DNA of 64,000 nt from positions 768,001 to 832,000 of the forward strand of contig JBJBCN010000003.1 of NCBI GenBank assembly GCA_047285805.1, in the 5' to 3' direction. The position numbers and the translations under genes are program-made. This document shows positions 52,030 to 61,784 of this stretch, in pieces. The stretch is from Synechococcus sp. (GTDB lineage Bacteria; Cyanobacteriota; Cyanobacteriia; PCC-6307; Cyanobiaceae). Within the stretch, counting starts at the first letter, position 1; every line of letters begins with the position of its first letter. The notes under the pieces were generated by a model. That model did no database searches. It was given only the letters and a program-made list of their open reading frames with translations, and was not told where the DNA came from.

Positions 52030-52645
52030 TCGAGCTCCCCACCTCGCCGGCGTCGTTGGTGACTTGCAGCTGTCCCAGGGGGGGCGCGGCGCGTTCTTTG
52101 ATGATTGAAGGTAAGACCTCGAGGATTTGCGCTGCCACCTGCTCGGGTGGGCGGCCGTCCTGAAGGATCTGCAGGTCGGCTTGGGCATAGAGCGGGCGGC
52201 GCTCGGCCAGCAAGGCCGCCAGGCGCTCGGCGCGGTCCTCCGCCTCCATCAGCGGACGCGGGGTGGGGTCGGCCTCGAGGCGCTGCAACAGGAGCGCGTC
52301 GGGGGCGTCGAGCCAGATCACGACCCCTTGATGCAGTTCGCCCCAGTTGGCCGGCTGGGTGACGACACCGCCGCCGGTGGCCACAACCAGGGAATGCCAG
52401 GAGGCGATTTGATTGAGCACGGCCGATTCCAGGGCGCGAAACCCGCTCTCCCCTTCGCTGGCAAAAATCTCAGGAATGGAGCGACCAGCCACCTGCTCGA
52501 GGCTGGTGTCGGCGTCGATGAAGCGGTAGTTCAGCGCCTCCGCTAAGTGCCCGCCCACACTGCTTTTGCCGCTGCCCATCATCCCCACCAGATAGAGGTT
52601 CAGGCCTTCCAGTCGCTGCCGCAGCTGGACTCGGGTGTCCTCCAT
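52022..52645 (-). CDS. aroK: Shikimate kinase
   Basis: LVGMMGSGKSSVG, GESGFRALE, ATGGG and RPL motifs; ATG 52645. Confidence 0.94.
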   Translation of the reverse strand: MEDTRVQLRQRLEGLNLYLVGMMGSGKSSVGGHLAEALNYRFIDADTSLEQVAGRSIPEIFASEGESGFRALESAVLNQIASWHSLVVATGGGVVTQPANWGELHQGVVIWLDAPDALLLQRLEADPTPRPLMEAEDRAERLAALLAERRPLYAQADLQILQDGRPPEQVAAQILEVLPSIIKERAAPPLGQLQVTNDAGEVGSSIN

Positions 52646-52703
52646 CGGTTCGCCATCGCAAGCACCAACATTCTTAAGATGCGAATCTCCGTTACTCGCT
52701 GTC

Positions 52704-53660
52704 ATGACTCCGCCAGTGATGGCGGCGCCTCCGGCGAGCCCGGTGTCCGTCGCCTCCTATGCCCCCCACGGCCAGGGGCGCCCCTGCGTGATCACGCGCC
52801 GGGCCACCTTCAGTGCCAGCCACCGCTACTGGCTGCCTGAGCTGACCCCGGAGCAGAACGCCGCACAATTCGGCCCCTGCAGCGTGGCCCCTGGCCATGG
52901 CCATAACTACGAGTTGATCGTGGCCATGGGCGGCGGGCTCGATGCCCACGGCATGGTGCTGAACCTCTCGGATGTGAAGCACGCCATCCGCGAGCAGGTC
53001 ACCGCCCAGCTCGATTTCCGCAGCCTGAACGAGGCCTGGCCGGAATTCGACCTGAGCCGTCCGGAGGGGGTCTTGCCCACCACCGAGGCCTTGGTGCATG
53101 CCATCTGGACGCGTCTGGCACCCCACCTGCCCCTGATGGGGCTGCGTCTTTACGAAACCGACAAGCTCTGGGCCGATGTGCTCGGCGATTCCATGGAAGC
53201 CTTCCTGACCATCCGCACCCACTTCGCGGCGGCCCATCGCTTGGCCCGTCCGGAGCTCAGCTTCGAGGAGAATACCGAGATTTACGGCAAGTGCGCCCGG
53301 CCCCACGGCCATGGCCACAACTACCTCTTGGACATCACCGTGCGCGGCGCCATCGACCATCGCACCGGCATGGTCTGTGACCTGGCGGCCCTGCAGTCCG
53401 CGGTGGATGAGTTGGTGGTGGAACCGTTCGATCACACCTTCTTGAACAAGGACGTCGAGCACTTCGCCAACACGGTGCCCACCGCCGAGAACATCGCGCT
53501 GCACATCGCCGATCTGCTTCTATCCCCCGTGGCGGCCCTGGGGGCCTCGCTGCACAAGGTGCGCCTGCAGGAGAGCCCGAACAACGCCGCTGAGGTGTTT
53601 GCGGAGGTGCCCCAGCTGGGCATGAACCCCCAGGCCCTCGAAGCCCTTGCCGGCGCCTGA
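52704..53660 (+). CDS. queD: 6-carboxytetrahydropterin / 6-pyruvoyltetrahydropterin synthase, tandem-domain form
   Basis: Two T-fold repeats: FSASH...C...GHGHNY and FAAAH...GKCARPHGHGHNY...PTAENIA. Confidence 0.85.
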   Translation: MTPPVMAAPPASPVSVASYAPHGQGRPCVITRRATFSASHRYWLPELTPEQNAAQFGPCSVAPGHGHNYELIVAMGGGLDAHGMVLNLSDVKHAIREQVTAQLDFRSLNEAWPEFDLSRPEGVLPTTEALVHAIWTRLAPHLPLMGLRLYETDKLWADVLGDSMEAFLTIRTHFAAAHRLARPELSFEENTEIYGKCARPHGHGHNYLLDITVRGAIDHRTGMVCDLAALQSAVDELVVEPFDHTFLNKDVEHFANTVPTAENIALHIADLLLSPVAALGASLHKVRLQESPNNAAEVFAEVPQLGMNPQALEALAGA

Positions 53661-54270
53661 GGTCAGGCTGGTTCTGGCCGTCAGCCTCGATGGCCGCCTG
53701 GCTCCCGCTACAGGGGGTGCTGCCCAACTCGGTGGATCCGGTGATCGCCGCGCCTTAGAGGAGGCCTTGGCCTGGGCCGATGGCGCCCTGGTCGGCGGTC
53801 AAACCATCCGCGCCCATGGCTGCACCTGTGTGATTCGCGACGCCGATCTCTTGGAGCGGCGCCAGCAGGAGGGGCGTCCGCCCCAGCCCGCGGCCCTGGT
53901 GGTGAGTCGCCAATCGGACTGGGATCAGGACTTGCGCTTGTTCGAGCAGCCCCTGGAGCGTTGGCTGCTGGGGCCCCACGAGGCTGCCCCCGCTGGTTTT
54001 GATCGAGCCCTACGTCTCGCGTCCTGGCCCCAAACCTTGGCCGCGACTGGTTGTGCACGTTTGCTCCTGCTCGGAGGAGCCCAGCTGGCCTCCCAACTGC
54101 TGGCTGAGGCGCTCGTCGATGAGCTGCAGCTCACGCTGGTGCCCCAGCTGCTGGGAGGGCCCCACAGCTGGTTGCGTTCCGATCTCGCCTTGGAGTCTCG
54201 TGGCTGGCAGCTCGTGGAGCATCGCCCCTTGGGGGGAGAAGAGTTGTTGCTGCGTTACCGCCGCACCTGA
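53647..54270 (+). CDS. RibD C-terminal (reductase)-domain protein
   Basis: LAVSLDGRL, LVGGQTIR, LLLGGAQL and LVDELQLTLVPQLLGG. Confidence 0.85.
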   Translation: MPAPEVRLVLAVSLDGRLAPATGGAAQLGGSGDRRALEEALAWADGALVGGQTIRAHGCTCVIRDADLLERRQQEGRPPQPAALVVSRQSDWDQDLRLFEQPLERWLLGPHEAAPAGFDRALRLASWPQTLAATGCARLLLLGGAQLASQLLAEALVDELQLTLVPQLLGGPHSWLRSDLALESRGWQLVEHRPLGGEELLLRYRRT

Positions 54271-54725
54271 GCCTTGAGGCTGTTGAAGCGCTCGGCCAGG
54301 TCCCTCAGCGGCAGCCGCCCAAAGGTCTCCGGCGGAAGCCCCAGCATCCGTCCGGCGCAGCGCTTGACCACGACCTCCAGGTCGTCGCCAAAGCGTCCGG
54401 CCATTAACTCGGTGATCACCCCGAGGCTGCGCCCGCTTGATTGGGTCTCGGCCACCAGGCAGCGGCGGGTGGGGGCGGCGAGGGCCTGGCAGGCCGGCGT
54501 GAGCCGCTCCGTCAGGCTGCTGTTGCCCATGGCGCTCCACCGCAGGCAGGCCTCGCTGAGCTTGGCTTCCAGCTGCGGCCGCATCAGGTTGAGAACGGGG
54601 CTGAGCAAGCCAGCCTGGCTGGGCGTTGCCAGGCCCCCGATGGCGAGGGCCGTAGCCGTTAGCGTTCTTCCCGCTGCCTGCCCCCTTGTCTTGAGCTGAT
54701 GGCCGAGCTCACTGTTCGCTGGCAC
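54255..54725 (-). CDS. Hypothetical Cys-containing, probably exported protein
   Basis: Last ~150 aa of track ORF 54255..55562: signal-like TATALAIGGLATPSQA, then LMRPQLE...C...C...C...GRFGDDLEVVVKRC. Start uncertain (GTG 54725 or ATG 54584). Confidence 0.6.
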   Translation of the reverse strand: MPANSELGHQLKTRGQAAGRTLTATALAIGGLATPSQAGLLSPVLNLMRPQLEAKLSEACLRWSAMGNSSLTERLTPACQALAAPTRRCLVAETQSSGRSLGVITELMAGRFGDDLEVVVKRCAGRMLGLPPETFGRLPLRDLAERFNSLKAQVRR

Positions 54726-55883
54726 CGATCTATTGAAGAGATCCCCGAGGCGCATTGGCAGGCCCTCACGGAGGCGGCTGGGCTCCCCTTCTACTCCTGG
54801 CGTTGGCTGGCCGGCCTGGAGCGCTCTGGAAGTGTCGCCCCGCGGCAAGGCTGGCAGCCCTGTCACTTGAGCTTGTGGCGTGAGGAGCAGGTGATCGCGG
54901 TGGCTCCGCTCTACCTGAAGGGCCACAGCTACGGCGAATTCGTCTTCGACCAGTCCTTTGCCCAATTGGCCGCTCAGCTGGGTCAGCGCTACTACCCGAA
55001 GCTGCTGGGGATGAGCCCCCTGAGCCCCGTGGTGGGCTACCGCTTTTTCACCGCGACCGGCGAAGACCCCCAGCAGGTCACGGCTCTGCTGATGCAGTGC
55101 ATAGATCGCTTCTGCGCGGAGCATCAAATCTTCAGCTGCAACTTCCTCTACGCCGATCCCCAATGGCAGGCCCTGGCGGAGAGGTCGGGATGCGCCACCT
55201 GGCTGAACCAGCAGAGCTTGTGGAGCAACCAGAGCTATGGCTGCTTCGACGACTACCTCGCGAGCTTTAACGCCAACCAACGCCGCAACATCAAGCGCGA
55301 GCGCAAGGCCGTGGAGCGCGCGGGGATCACGGTGACACCCCTGGCGGGCCAGGACCTCCCGGCGGAGATGTTGGAGCGGATGCACCACTTCTATGCCCAG
55401 CACTGCGCCCGTTGGGGGCCCTGGGGCAGCAAGTACCTCACGGAAGCCTTCTTTGATGAGGCGGCGGCCGACTTGCGGGAGCACCTGGTGCTCTTCAGTG
55501 CCCACCGCGGCGATCCCTTGGATCCGGTGGCGATGTCGCTTTGCGTGCACGCCGGCGACCAACTATGGGGCCGCTACTGGGGCAGTGACGAGGAGATCGA
55601 CAACCTCCACTTTGAGGTCTGCTACTACGCCCCGATCCAGTGGGCGATTGAGCGCGGCATCCAGCGGTTTGACCCCGGCGCTGGGGGCAGCCACAAGCGC
55701 CGCCGCGGGTTTGTCGCCCGCTCCCACGCCTCCCTGCACCGTTGGTACTACGAGCCCTTTGATGCCATCGCCCGGCGTTGGTTGCCGGAGGCCAACAGCG
55801 AGCAGCTCAGTCAGATTGAGGCGGTCAATGCTGAGCTGCCCTTCACGGGGGCGACGCGATCCCTGACGGATTCAGCTGCGTAG
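54699..55883 (+). CDS. GNAT/FemAB-related (DUF482) protein
   Basis: APLYLKGHSYGEFVFD, LWGRYWG, LHFEVCYY and FDPGAGGSHK. Confidence 0.88.
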   Translation: MAELTVRWHRSIEEIPEAHWQALTEAAGLPFYSWRWLAGLERSGSVAPRQGWQPCHLSLWREEQVIAVAPLYLKGHSYGEFVFDQSFAQLAAQLGQRYYPKLLGMSPLSPVVGYRFFTATGEDPQQVTALLMQCIDRFCAEHQIFSCNFLYADPQWQALAERSGCATWLNQQSLWSNQSYGCFDDYLASFNANQRRNIKRERKAVERAGITVTPLAGQDLPAEMLERMHHFYAQHCARWGPWGSKYLTEAFFDEAAADLREHLVLFSAHRGDPLDPVAMSLCVHAGDQLWGRYWGSDEEIDNLHFEVCYYAPIQWAIERGIQRFDPGAGGSHKRRRGFVARSHASLHRWYYEPFDAIARRWLPEANSEQLSQIEAVNAELPFTGATRSLTDSAA

Positions 55884-55892
55884 CATCCGCCC

Positions 55893-56279
55893 ATGAGTCC
55901 TTTCAACGCTGAGCAGCGCCGCAGCCTCGATGAGGGGCTCTCCCAGCGCTTCATTGCGCTCGATCCCGCTGGCTATTTCCTGATCAAGCTCGACCGTGAA
56001 ACCGGGGAGTTGATCGCGGAGCACTACAGCAATGCCATTGATGATCGGGGCCTCGCCACGGATCCTGAAACCGGAGAGGTGATCAGCTGCAAAGGGGCTG
56101 GACCGCGCGCACCCGTCGCGATCTTCCGCGGACGGAGCGCCAAGGAGCTGGGCATGGCCCTCAGCGAAGGAGACGGTCCCTATCCCCTGAGCTGCCTGGA
56201 TCACGCTCTTTACCTGGGCCGTGAACTGCAGAAGGCGGAGCAGGCCCTCGAGACAGGTGCTCCCTACATCCAGGACTAA
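55893..56279 (+). CDS. DUF4346-domain protein
   Basis: LDPAGYFLI, GRSAKEL and LDHALYLGRELQKAE...YIQD. Confidence 0.82.
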   Translation: MSPFNAEQRRSLDEGLSQRFIALDPAGYFLIKLDRETGELIAEHYSNAIDDRGLATDPETGEVISCKGAGPRAPVAIFRGRSAKELGMALSEGDGPYPLSCLDHALYLGRELQKAEQALETGAPYIQD

Positions 56280-57871
56280 ACCGGCTGCAGTTCGCGGGTG
56301 GCCATCGGGGGCTCTGGGGGCAGGGCCGCGAGTTGCTCTTTGATCTCCTCGGTAACCACGGAGCGGTATTCCATGAAGTGTTCGTTGTGGGCGAGCACCA
56401 CCAGGAACTGTTCCAGGACAGCGGGGTTTTTCCGCGCGACCTCCAGCAGGGAAAGCCAGAAGCGAAAACGGGTGTTGCGTTTGAAGCCCTGACGCCAGAG
56501 CACGATCAGCAGTGCACGGACATCGGTCCAGGCGGGTAGGGAAGCTTTGCCGAAGGTCGCCGGCACAAACTCCTGCCAGCGGGGTTTGCCCATTTTCAAG
56601 TAGTAGTGCTTGACCCGATCGATGTAGGCGTTGGGTTCGTAAAGGCGACAGAAGGCGTCGACGTACTCGTTGGCGATGTCTTGAATCGGCCTGGTAGGTA
56701 CGAAGTTGAGCAAGTTGGTCTGGTTGACCCCCTTGGCGTCCGCCGTCTCTTGGATGAGGCGGCCTTCTTTCTCCAGCCGGTGCCAGAGGCCCGTGTTCGG
56801 CAGTGCCTGGAGCATCCCCATCATCGCGGCGGGGATCCCGGTGCGGGTCACGAATTCGACAATACGATCGCCGGCCCCTGTCTTTTCGCCATCGAAACCG
56901 ATGATGAAGCCGGCCATCACTCGGAGGCCGTAGGAGTTGATCCGATCGACGGCTTCCTCAAGGGAGCTGCGGGTGTTCTGGTGCTTCCCGGCGACCGAGA
57001 GGCTGGCTTCGTCGGGGGTCTCAATGCCGAGGAAGACCGAATCAAAACGGCACTCGGCCATCATCTGCATCAGTTCCTCATCCGCGGCCAAGTCCACGGA
57101 GGCTTCCGTGGCGAAGCTGAAGGGATAGCCCCTCTCGATCTGCCATTGCTTCAGGGCCGGCAGCAGCAATTTGGCGTTGCGCTTGTTGCCGATGAAGTTG
57201 TCATCCACCAGGAAGATCGAGCGCCGCCAGCCCAAGTCGTAGAGGTACTTGAGCTCAGCGATCAACTGTTCAGGTGTCTTGGTTCTGGGCTTGCGGCCGT
57301 AGAGAACGATGATGTCGCAGAACTCGCACTGGAACGGACAGCCCCTGGAGAACTGCACGCTCATCGAGTCGTAGGCATCGAGCTTCAACAGGTCAAAGCG
57401 TGGTACCGGTGTGGTGGTCACGTCCGGCTTCTCACCGTTGGCGCTAAAGCGGCCGCCGGCCTCTCCCTTTTCGATCGCCTCAATGAACATCGGCAGGGTG
57501 ATTTCACCCTCATCGAGCACCTTGAAGTCCGCCAGGCCCAATTCCGGGGCATCGGGGGTGGAGCTGGCGAAGGGACCGCCGACCGCCACGGGTAGACCGC
57601 GCTCTTTGGCCTTGGCGATCTGTACGGCCATGTCGGCCTTCTGAACGATCATCCCGGAGATGACCACCAGCTCGGCCCAGTCCCAATCGGCTTGGGTGAC
57701 ATCTTCGACGTTGCGATCCACAAGCTTCATCGGCCAGTGCTGGGGCAGCAGCGCGGCCACGGTCACCATCCCCAAGGGGGGGAGGAGCACCTTGCGATTG
57801 ACGAGCTCGAGAATTTTCTCGTAGCTCCAAAAAGTCTTCGGGAACTCGGGGTAGATGAACAAGGTGTTCAT
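56276..57871 (-). CDS. B12-binding-domain radical SAM protein (DUF4070 C-terminus)
   Basis: LPPLG, VAVGGP, SRGCPFQCEFC (CxxxCxxC), VDDNF and GFIIGFD. Confidence 0.92.
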   Translation of the reverse strand: MNTLFIYPEFPKTFWSYEKILELVNRKVLLPPLGMVTVAALLPQHWPMKLVDRNVEDVTQADWDWAELVVISGMIVQKADMAVQIAKAKERGLPVAVGGPFASSTPDAPELGLADFKVLDEGEITLPMFIEAIEKGEAGGRFSANGEKPDVTTTPVPRFDLLKLDAYDSMSVQFSRGCPFQCEFCDIIVLYGRKPRTKTPEQLIAELKYLYDLGWRRSIFLVDDNFIGNKRNAKLLLPALKQWQIERGYPFSFATEASVDLAADEELMQMMAECRFDSVFLGIETPDEASLSVAGKHQNTRSSLEEAVDRINSYGLRVMAGFIIGFDGEKTGAGDRIVEFVTRTGIPAAMMGMLQALPNTGLWHRLEKEGRLIQETADAKGVNQTNLLNFVPTRPIQDIANEYVDAFCRLYEPNAYIDRVKHYYLKMGKPRWQEFVPATFGKASLPAWTDVRALLIVLWRQGFKRNTRFRFWLSLLEVARKNPAVLEQFLVVLAHNEHFMEYRSVVTEEIKEQLAALPPEPPMATRELQPV

Positions 57872-58013
57872 GCCGTTCGGTGGTCTCCAGTGAGATGCGT
57901 GGAACGGCTGTCCCCAGCAGGGACCTCCGAGTTGATGGAGCCCACCCTAGGCCGATTGACCTGGGGGAGGGCTGGTTTCTGCTCTAATAGCGCTCAGTTG
58001 CAACCACTGAACC

Positions 58014-58106
58014 ATGGGCCCCGTGATCTATCTCGCACTGGTCGGCGGTGGTTTGGTGGCCGCTGCTGTCATCTCCTTCGTCCTGCGCGGCATCAAGCTG
58101 ATCTGA
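58014..58106 (+). CDS. petL: Cytochrome b6f subunit VI (PetL)
   Basis: Below the ORF-track cut-off. Reads MGPVIYLALVGGGLVAAAVISFVLRGIKLI*, a 30-aa single TM with the PetL-type C-terminus LR.IKLI. Confidence 0.85.
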   Translation: MGPVIYLALVGGGLVAAAVISFVLRGIKLI

Positions 58107-58110
58107 ACGC

Positions 58111-59349
58111 CTAGCTGAGCCGCATCGCGCGGTTTCGCGAGAGTTCCCAGATCCCAAGAGCTGCCCCCAGGCTTCCCAGTACAGCCAAGCAGCTCCACAG
58201 CCCCCCCGGCAGCGTTTCAGTCAGAAAAGCTGCCGCTAGGCCACTGAGACCACCCCCGCCCAGGAAGGCGATCTGACCAAGGCCTGCCATTCGTCCCCGG
58301 AGCACCTGGGGGGCATGCACTTGGATAATCAGATTGGTGCCCGCCAACAGGCTGGCGGTGCCAGCCCCGATTAAGAAAGCCATGGCCAAGCCCCAGGCCA
58401 GTCCGGCTTGGATTGATAACCCGAGCTGGGCGAGGGCGGTCAGCAGGGTCGTACTGCCCAGGAGCCAGCCGGGCCGGAGGCTGACGGCCGCGGCGTGACG
58501 CTGCAACAGCACGCCTCCGCAGATGCTGCCGCAGGCGAGAACACTGGTGAAGAGCCCAAGGGCCATCGGGCTGGGTCCGAGCAGCTCCATTGCCATCAGC
58601 GGGGCTAGCCCCGGGTGGAAGAAGCCCACGAGGCAGGCCGCGGCGGTGAAACTCAGGACGTGCCGGAGCCGCGCGCCACAGTCGCACCAAGCGGTGAAGA
58701 GGTTGGCGGCTTGCCCTTTTCCACTCCGGCGTTCCCTCTCGCGATGGGGAGCCATCAGCCAGAGCAAGGTGAGGATCGGGAAGAGATAGGTGGCGGCATC
58801 CAAGCTGAGGGCCAGGGTTGGGCCGGTGGCTGCCAACAGGAGTCCCCCCAGGGGAGGTCCCACCAATTTGCCCACGTTGAAGATCACGGAGAAGCTGGCC
58901 AGATAGGGGCCGAGCTGCTCGGGCTGATCCACCAGCAGGGCGACGTATTTGTTGCGGGCTGTCAGTTCGTAGGTGCTGGCGATTCCAATGCCCAAGGTGC
59001 TGAGCAGCAGCAAGACGTCTTGCTGCGGTCCCACAGTCAAGGGAATGGCGATCGCCCCGAGCACGGCGGCCACCATCAGCGCCCATTGGGCGCGAATCAG
59101 GACCCGCTCACTGCCCAGGCGATCGGTGAGCACCCCCGCTGGACCACTGACGACCAGGGTCGGCAGGGTGAGCATGGCGAAGTTGAGCGCCAGCAAGAAC
59201 GGGTTTTCGGCCCCCTCCATCAGCAGCCAGCCCTTGGCGGTCAGCCCGGCAAAGGATCCGGCCGTGCTAACTCCGGAGGCCAGAAGAAAGGTGGTGCGTT
59301 GATGGCGCGTGAGGCGCCCCTGGAGGCGCTTCAGTCCCCGCAGGATCAA
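58111..59349 (-). CDS. MFS transporter
   Basis: About 12 TMs; GVLTDRLG motif A and RGRMAG. Confidence 0.87.
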   Translation of the reverse strand: MILRGLKRLQGRLTRHQRTTFLLASGVSTAGSFAGLTAKGWLLMEGAENPFLLALNFAMLTLPTLVVSGPAGVLTDRLGSERVLIRAQWALMVAAVLGAIAIPLTVGPQQDVLLLLSTLGIGIASTYELTARNKYVALLVDQPEQLGPYLASFSVIFNVGKLVGPPLGGLLLAATGPTLALSLDAATYLFPILTLLWLMAPHRERERRSGKGQAANLFTAWCDCGARLRHVLSFTAAACLVGFFHPGLAPLMAMELLGPSPMALGLFTSVLACGSICGGVLLQRHAAAVSLRPGWLLGSTTLLTALAQLGLSIQAGLAWGLAMAFLIGAGTASLLAGTNLIIQVHAPQVLRGRMAGLGQIAFLGGGGLSGLAAAFLTETLPGGLWSCLAVLGSLGAALGIWELSRNRAMRLS

Positions 59350-60743
59350 GAGGGACCCCGGTGCGCGGAGAGGGCTTTGCTGACTATGGCCTTGGCGCCC
59401 ACCACCTCGCCAATCAGGTCGTAGGTGTCAGCGGCGGTGATGCGGACGGGCACCATCGTTCCGGGTGCAGCACACAGTCCCCCTTCGCCGGGTATGACCC
59501 GTACTTCGCCGTCCACCTCCGGTGCAAAGCGTGCGCAGCGTCCGATCATTTTGCCGCTGCTGGGGTTCTCCTGCTCAATCAGTACGTCCACGATTCGTCC
59601 CACCCAGGTGGCATTGCGCTCGGCGGCGATGGGCTGTTGCAGAGCCATTAGGCGGTCTTTGCGATCCGCGGCGATCTCGGCAGGCACCTGGTTGGGCAGC
59701 TCGGCCGCGGGAGTCCCCTCCTCGGGGGAGAAGGTGAAGACCCCGACGTGGTCGAAGCGTTGCTCGGCGACGAAATCCAGGAGGTGCTGGAACTGCTCCT
59801 CGGTTTCTCCGGGGTAGCCCACGATGAAGGTGGTGCGCAGCACTGCCTCGGGAAGTTGCTCGCGAATGCGCGCCAGAACCACATTGGTGACATCGGCCTG
59901 CCAGGGGCGATTCATCGCCCGCAGGACATCCGGGTGGCTGTGCTGGAGCGGTAGATCCAGATAGGGCAGCACGTTCGGCACGTCGCGGTAGGCCGCGAGG
60001 ACATCCGGTGTGAGGCCCGTCGGGTAGGCGTAGTGGACACGAATCCAGGGGATCTCAACCTGCCCGAGGGCCCGCAGCAGCTCAGCTAATTGGGGCTTGC
60101 CCGCCAGGTCGAGGCCGTAATTGGTGGTGATCTGACTGATCAGCACCAGCTCCTGAACGCCCTGGGCAGCGAGTTGCTGCGCCTCGGCGACGATGCTCTC
60201 GATCGTGCGGGAGCGTTGGTCCCCGCGCAGGTGGGGAATGATGCAGAACGCGCAGCGGTAATCGCAGCCCTCAGCGACCTTCAAATAGGCGATGGCCTCG
60301 CTGGTGGTGCGGTATCGGGGCAGGTTCTCGTCGCCCACAAAGGTGGGAGTAGCGCTGACTTGGTTCACCCGTTCGCCGGCTTCGACGCGCTCGAGGACGC
60401 TGACGATGTGTTGGTAGTCGCCCGTTCCAACAATCGCCTTGGCTTCCGGCAGGCTTTCGAGCAGCTCGTCTTGAAAGTGCTGGGCCAGGCAGCCGGCGAT
60501 GATCAGTTCCTTGCCTTGCTCCGCCAGCTCCACCAGGGTGCGCACGGACTCTTCCCGGGCGTCCTGGATGAAGCTGCAGGTGTTGACCACGACGACGTTG
60601 GCGTCGGCTTCATCGGCGCTAACCCCATAACCGGCCTCCGCCAGCAGCCCGAGCATGTGCTCGGTGTCGACTCGGTTTTTTTCGCAGCCGAGATGCGCGA
60701 ACGCCACGGTTTTGCCAGTGCTCTTGCGGGCGCTATCGGTCAT
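59346..60743 (-). CDS. rimO: Ribosomal protein S12 methylthiotransferase
   Basis: [30 protein letters not shown] and TRAM domain with APEVDG; ATG 60743. Confidence 0.95.
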   Translation of the reverse strand: MTDSARKSTGKTVAFAHLGCEKNRVDTEHMLGLLAEAGYGVSADEADANVVVVNTCSFIQDAREESVRTLVELAEQGKELIIAGCLAQHFQDELLESLPEAKAIVGTGDYQHIVSVLERVEAGERVNQVSATPTFVGDENLPRYRTTSEAIAYLKVAEGCDYRCAFCIIPHLRGDQRSRTIESIVAEAQQLAAQGVQELVLISQITTNYGLDLAGKPQLAELLRALGQVEIPWIRVHYAYPTGLTPDVLAAYRDVPNVLPYLDLPLQHSHPDVLRAMNRPWQADVTNVVLARIREQLPEAVLRTTFIVGYPGETEEQFQHLLDFVAEQRFDHVGVFTFSPEEGTPAAELPNQVPAEIAADRKDRLMALQQPIAAERNATWVGRIVDVLIEQENPSSGKMIGRCARFAPEVDGEVRVIPGEGGLCAAPGTMVPVRITAADTYDLIGEVVGAKAIVSKALSAHRGPS

Positions 60744-60839
60744 GGAGGAACTCAAGGGGTACGGCCGCGCGCTGGCCAATCCCTAACCCTACTAATCAGG
60801 ATCCCTGCCAAAATCCGTGCAGATTCAAGGACCTTTGCC

Positions 60840-61781
60840 GTGAGCTCATCACGCCTAAGTGAGCGTCTTGGAAGCCATCGCCGAAGGGGCGATGGCGGTC
60901 GCCGCTGGATGAGGGTGGTGATGGCCATTTTGGCCACCATTGGCGTGCTTGACACCGGCTCGATCACCCTGAGCAAGTGGGGCTGGATTGGGGACCTGAG
61001 CTGTAGCTCCGCCGGTCTGTTCGGCTGCAATGGCTGCGACAAAGTGCTCTCAAGTGCCTGGGGATCGCTGCTGGGGCAACCACTGGCGCTGTTTGGCCTG
61101 CTCGGTTACGGCGCGGTTCTGCTGATGGCAGTTGTTCCTCTTGTGCTGCAGGGAGACCTGCGGGTCAGTTTGGGCCAGAAGAGCTGGTGGGGGTTGTTTC
61201 TACTCAGCACCGGCATGGCGATCTTCAGCGGGGTGCTGCTGGGGGTGATGGCCTTTGGCATTCGCGATTGCTGCCCCTTCTGCATCCTCTCGGCTGTGCT
61301 GAGCACAGCCCTGTTTGTCCTGAGCTTGATCGGTGGGGATTTTGAGGATCGCGGTCAGCTGATCTTCAGCGGATTGATCACGGCCCTGTTGGTTGGTGTG
61401 ATTGGTTTGGGCTGGGCAGCCTCCGTGGGGCGGCCTGTTGTTGACAGTGCACCGGGCGTAGGCCCTCCGGTCCGCAGCGAGAGCAATGCCGGCCAGATCG
61501 CCTTGGCGGAGCACTTGACGGAATCCGGCGCCAAGCTCTACACGGCCTACTGGTGCCCCCACTGCCATGACCAAAAGGAGCTGTTCGGTCGTCAGGCCTC
61601 AGAGAAGTTGACGGTTATTGAATGCGCGCCCGATGGCCTCAACAGCCAGCGTGAGCTCTGTGAGGCCAAGAAGATTGAGGGATATCCCACCTGGGAGATC
61701 CAGGGCCAGCTTGATTCCGGTGTGAAACCCCTGGCCAAGTTGGCTGAGGCCAGTGGCTACCCGGGCCTGGCCCTGAAGTAG
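60840..61781 (+). CDS. Vitamin K epoxide reductase-thioredoxin fusion (VKOR/LTO1-type disulfide bond protein)
   Basis: GCDKVLSSAW, CPFC, then thioredoxin-like YTAYWCPHC...IEC...IEGYPTW; GTG 60840. Confidence 0.92.
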   Translation: MSSSRLSERLGSHRRRGDGGRRWMRVVMAILATIGVLDTGSITLSKWGWIGDLSCSSAGLFGCNGCDKVLSSAWGSLLGQPLALFGLLGYGAVLLMAVVPLVLQGDLRVSLGQKSWWGLFLLSTGMAIFSGVLLGVMAFGIRDCCPFCILSAVLSTALFVLSLIGGDFEDRGQLIFSGLITALLVGVIGLGWAASVGRPVVDSAPGVGPPVRSESNAGQIALAEHLTESGAKLYTAYWCPHCHDQKELFGRQASEKLTVIECAPDGLNSQRELCEAKKIEGYPTWEIQGQLDSGVKPLAKLAEASGYPGLALK

Positions 61782-61784
61782 CCG

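Noticed and set aside
60007..60015. GGTGTGAGG, a second Yfr1-complementary site
   Set aside because: It is on the non-coding strand inside rimO and not near any start codon; likely chance.
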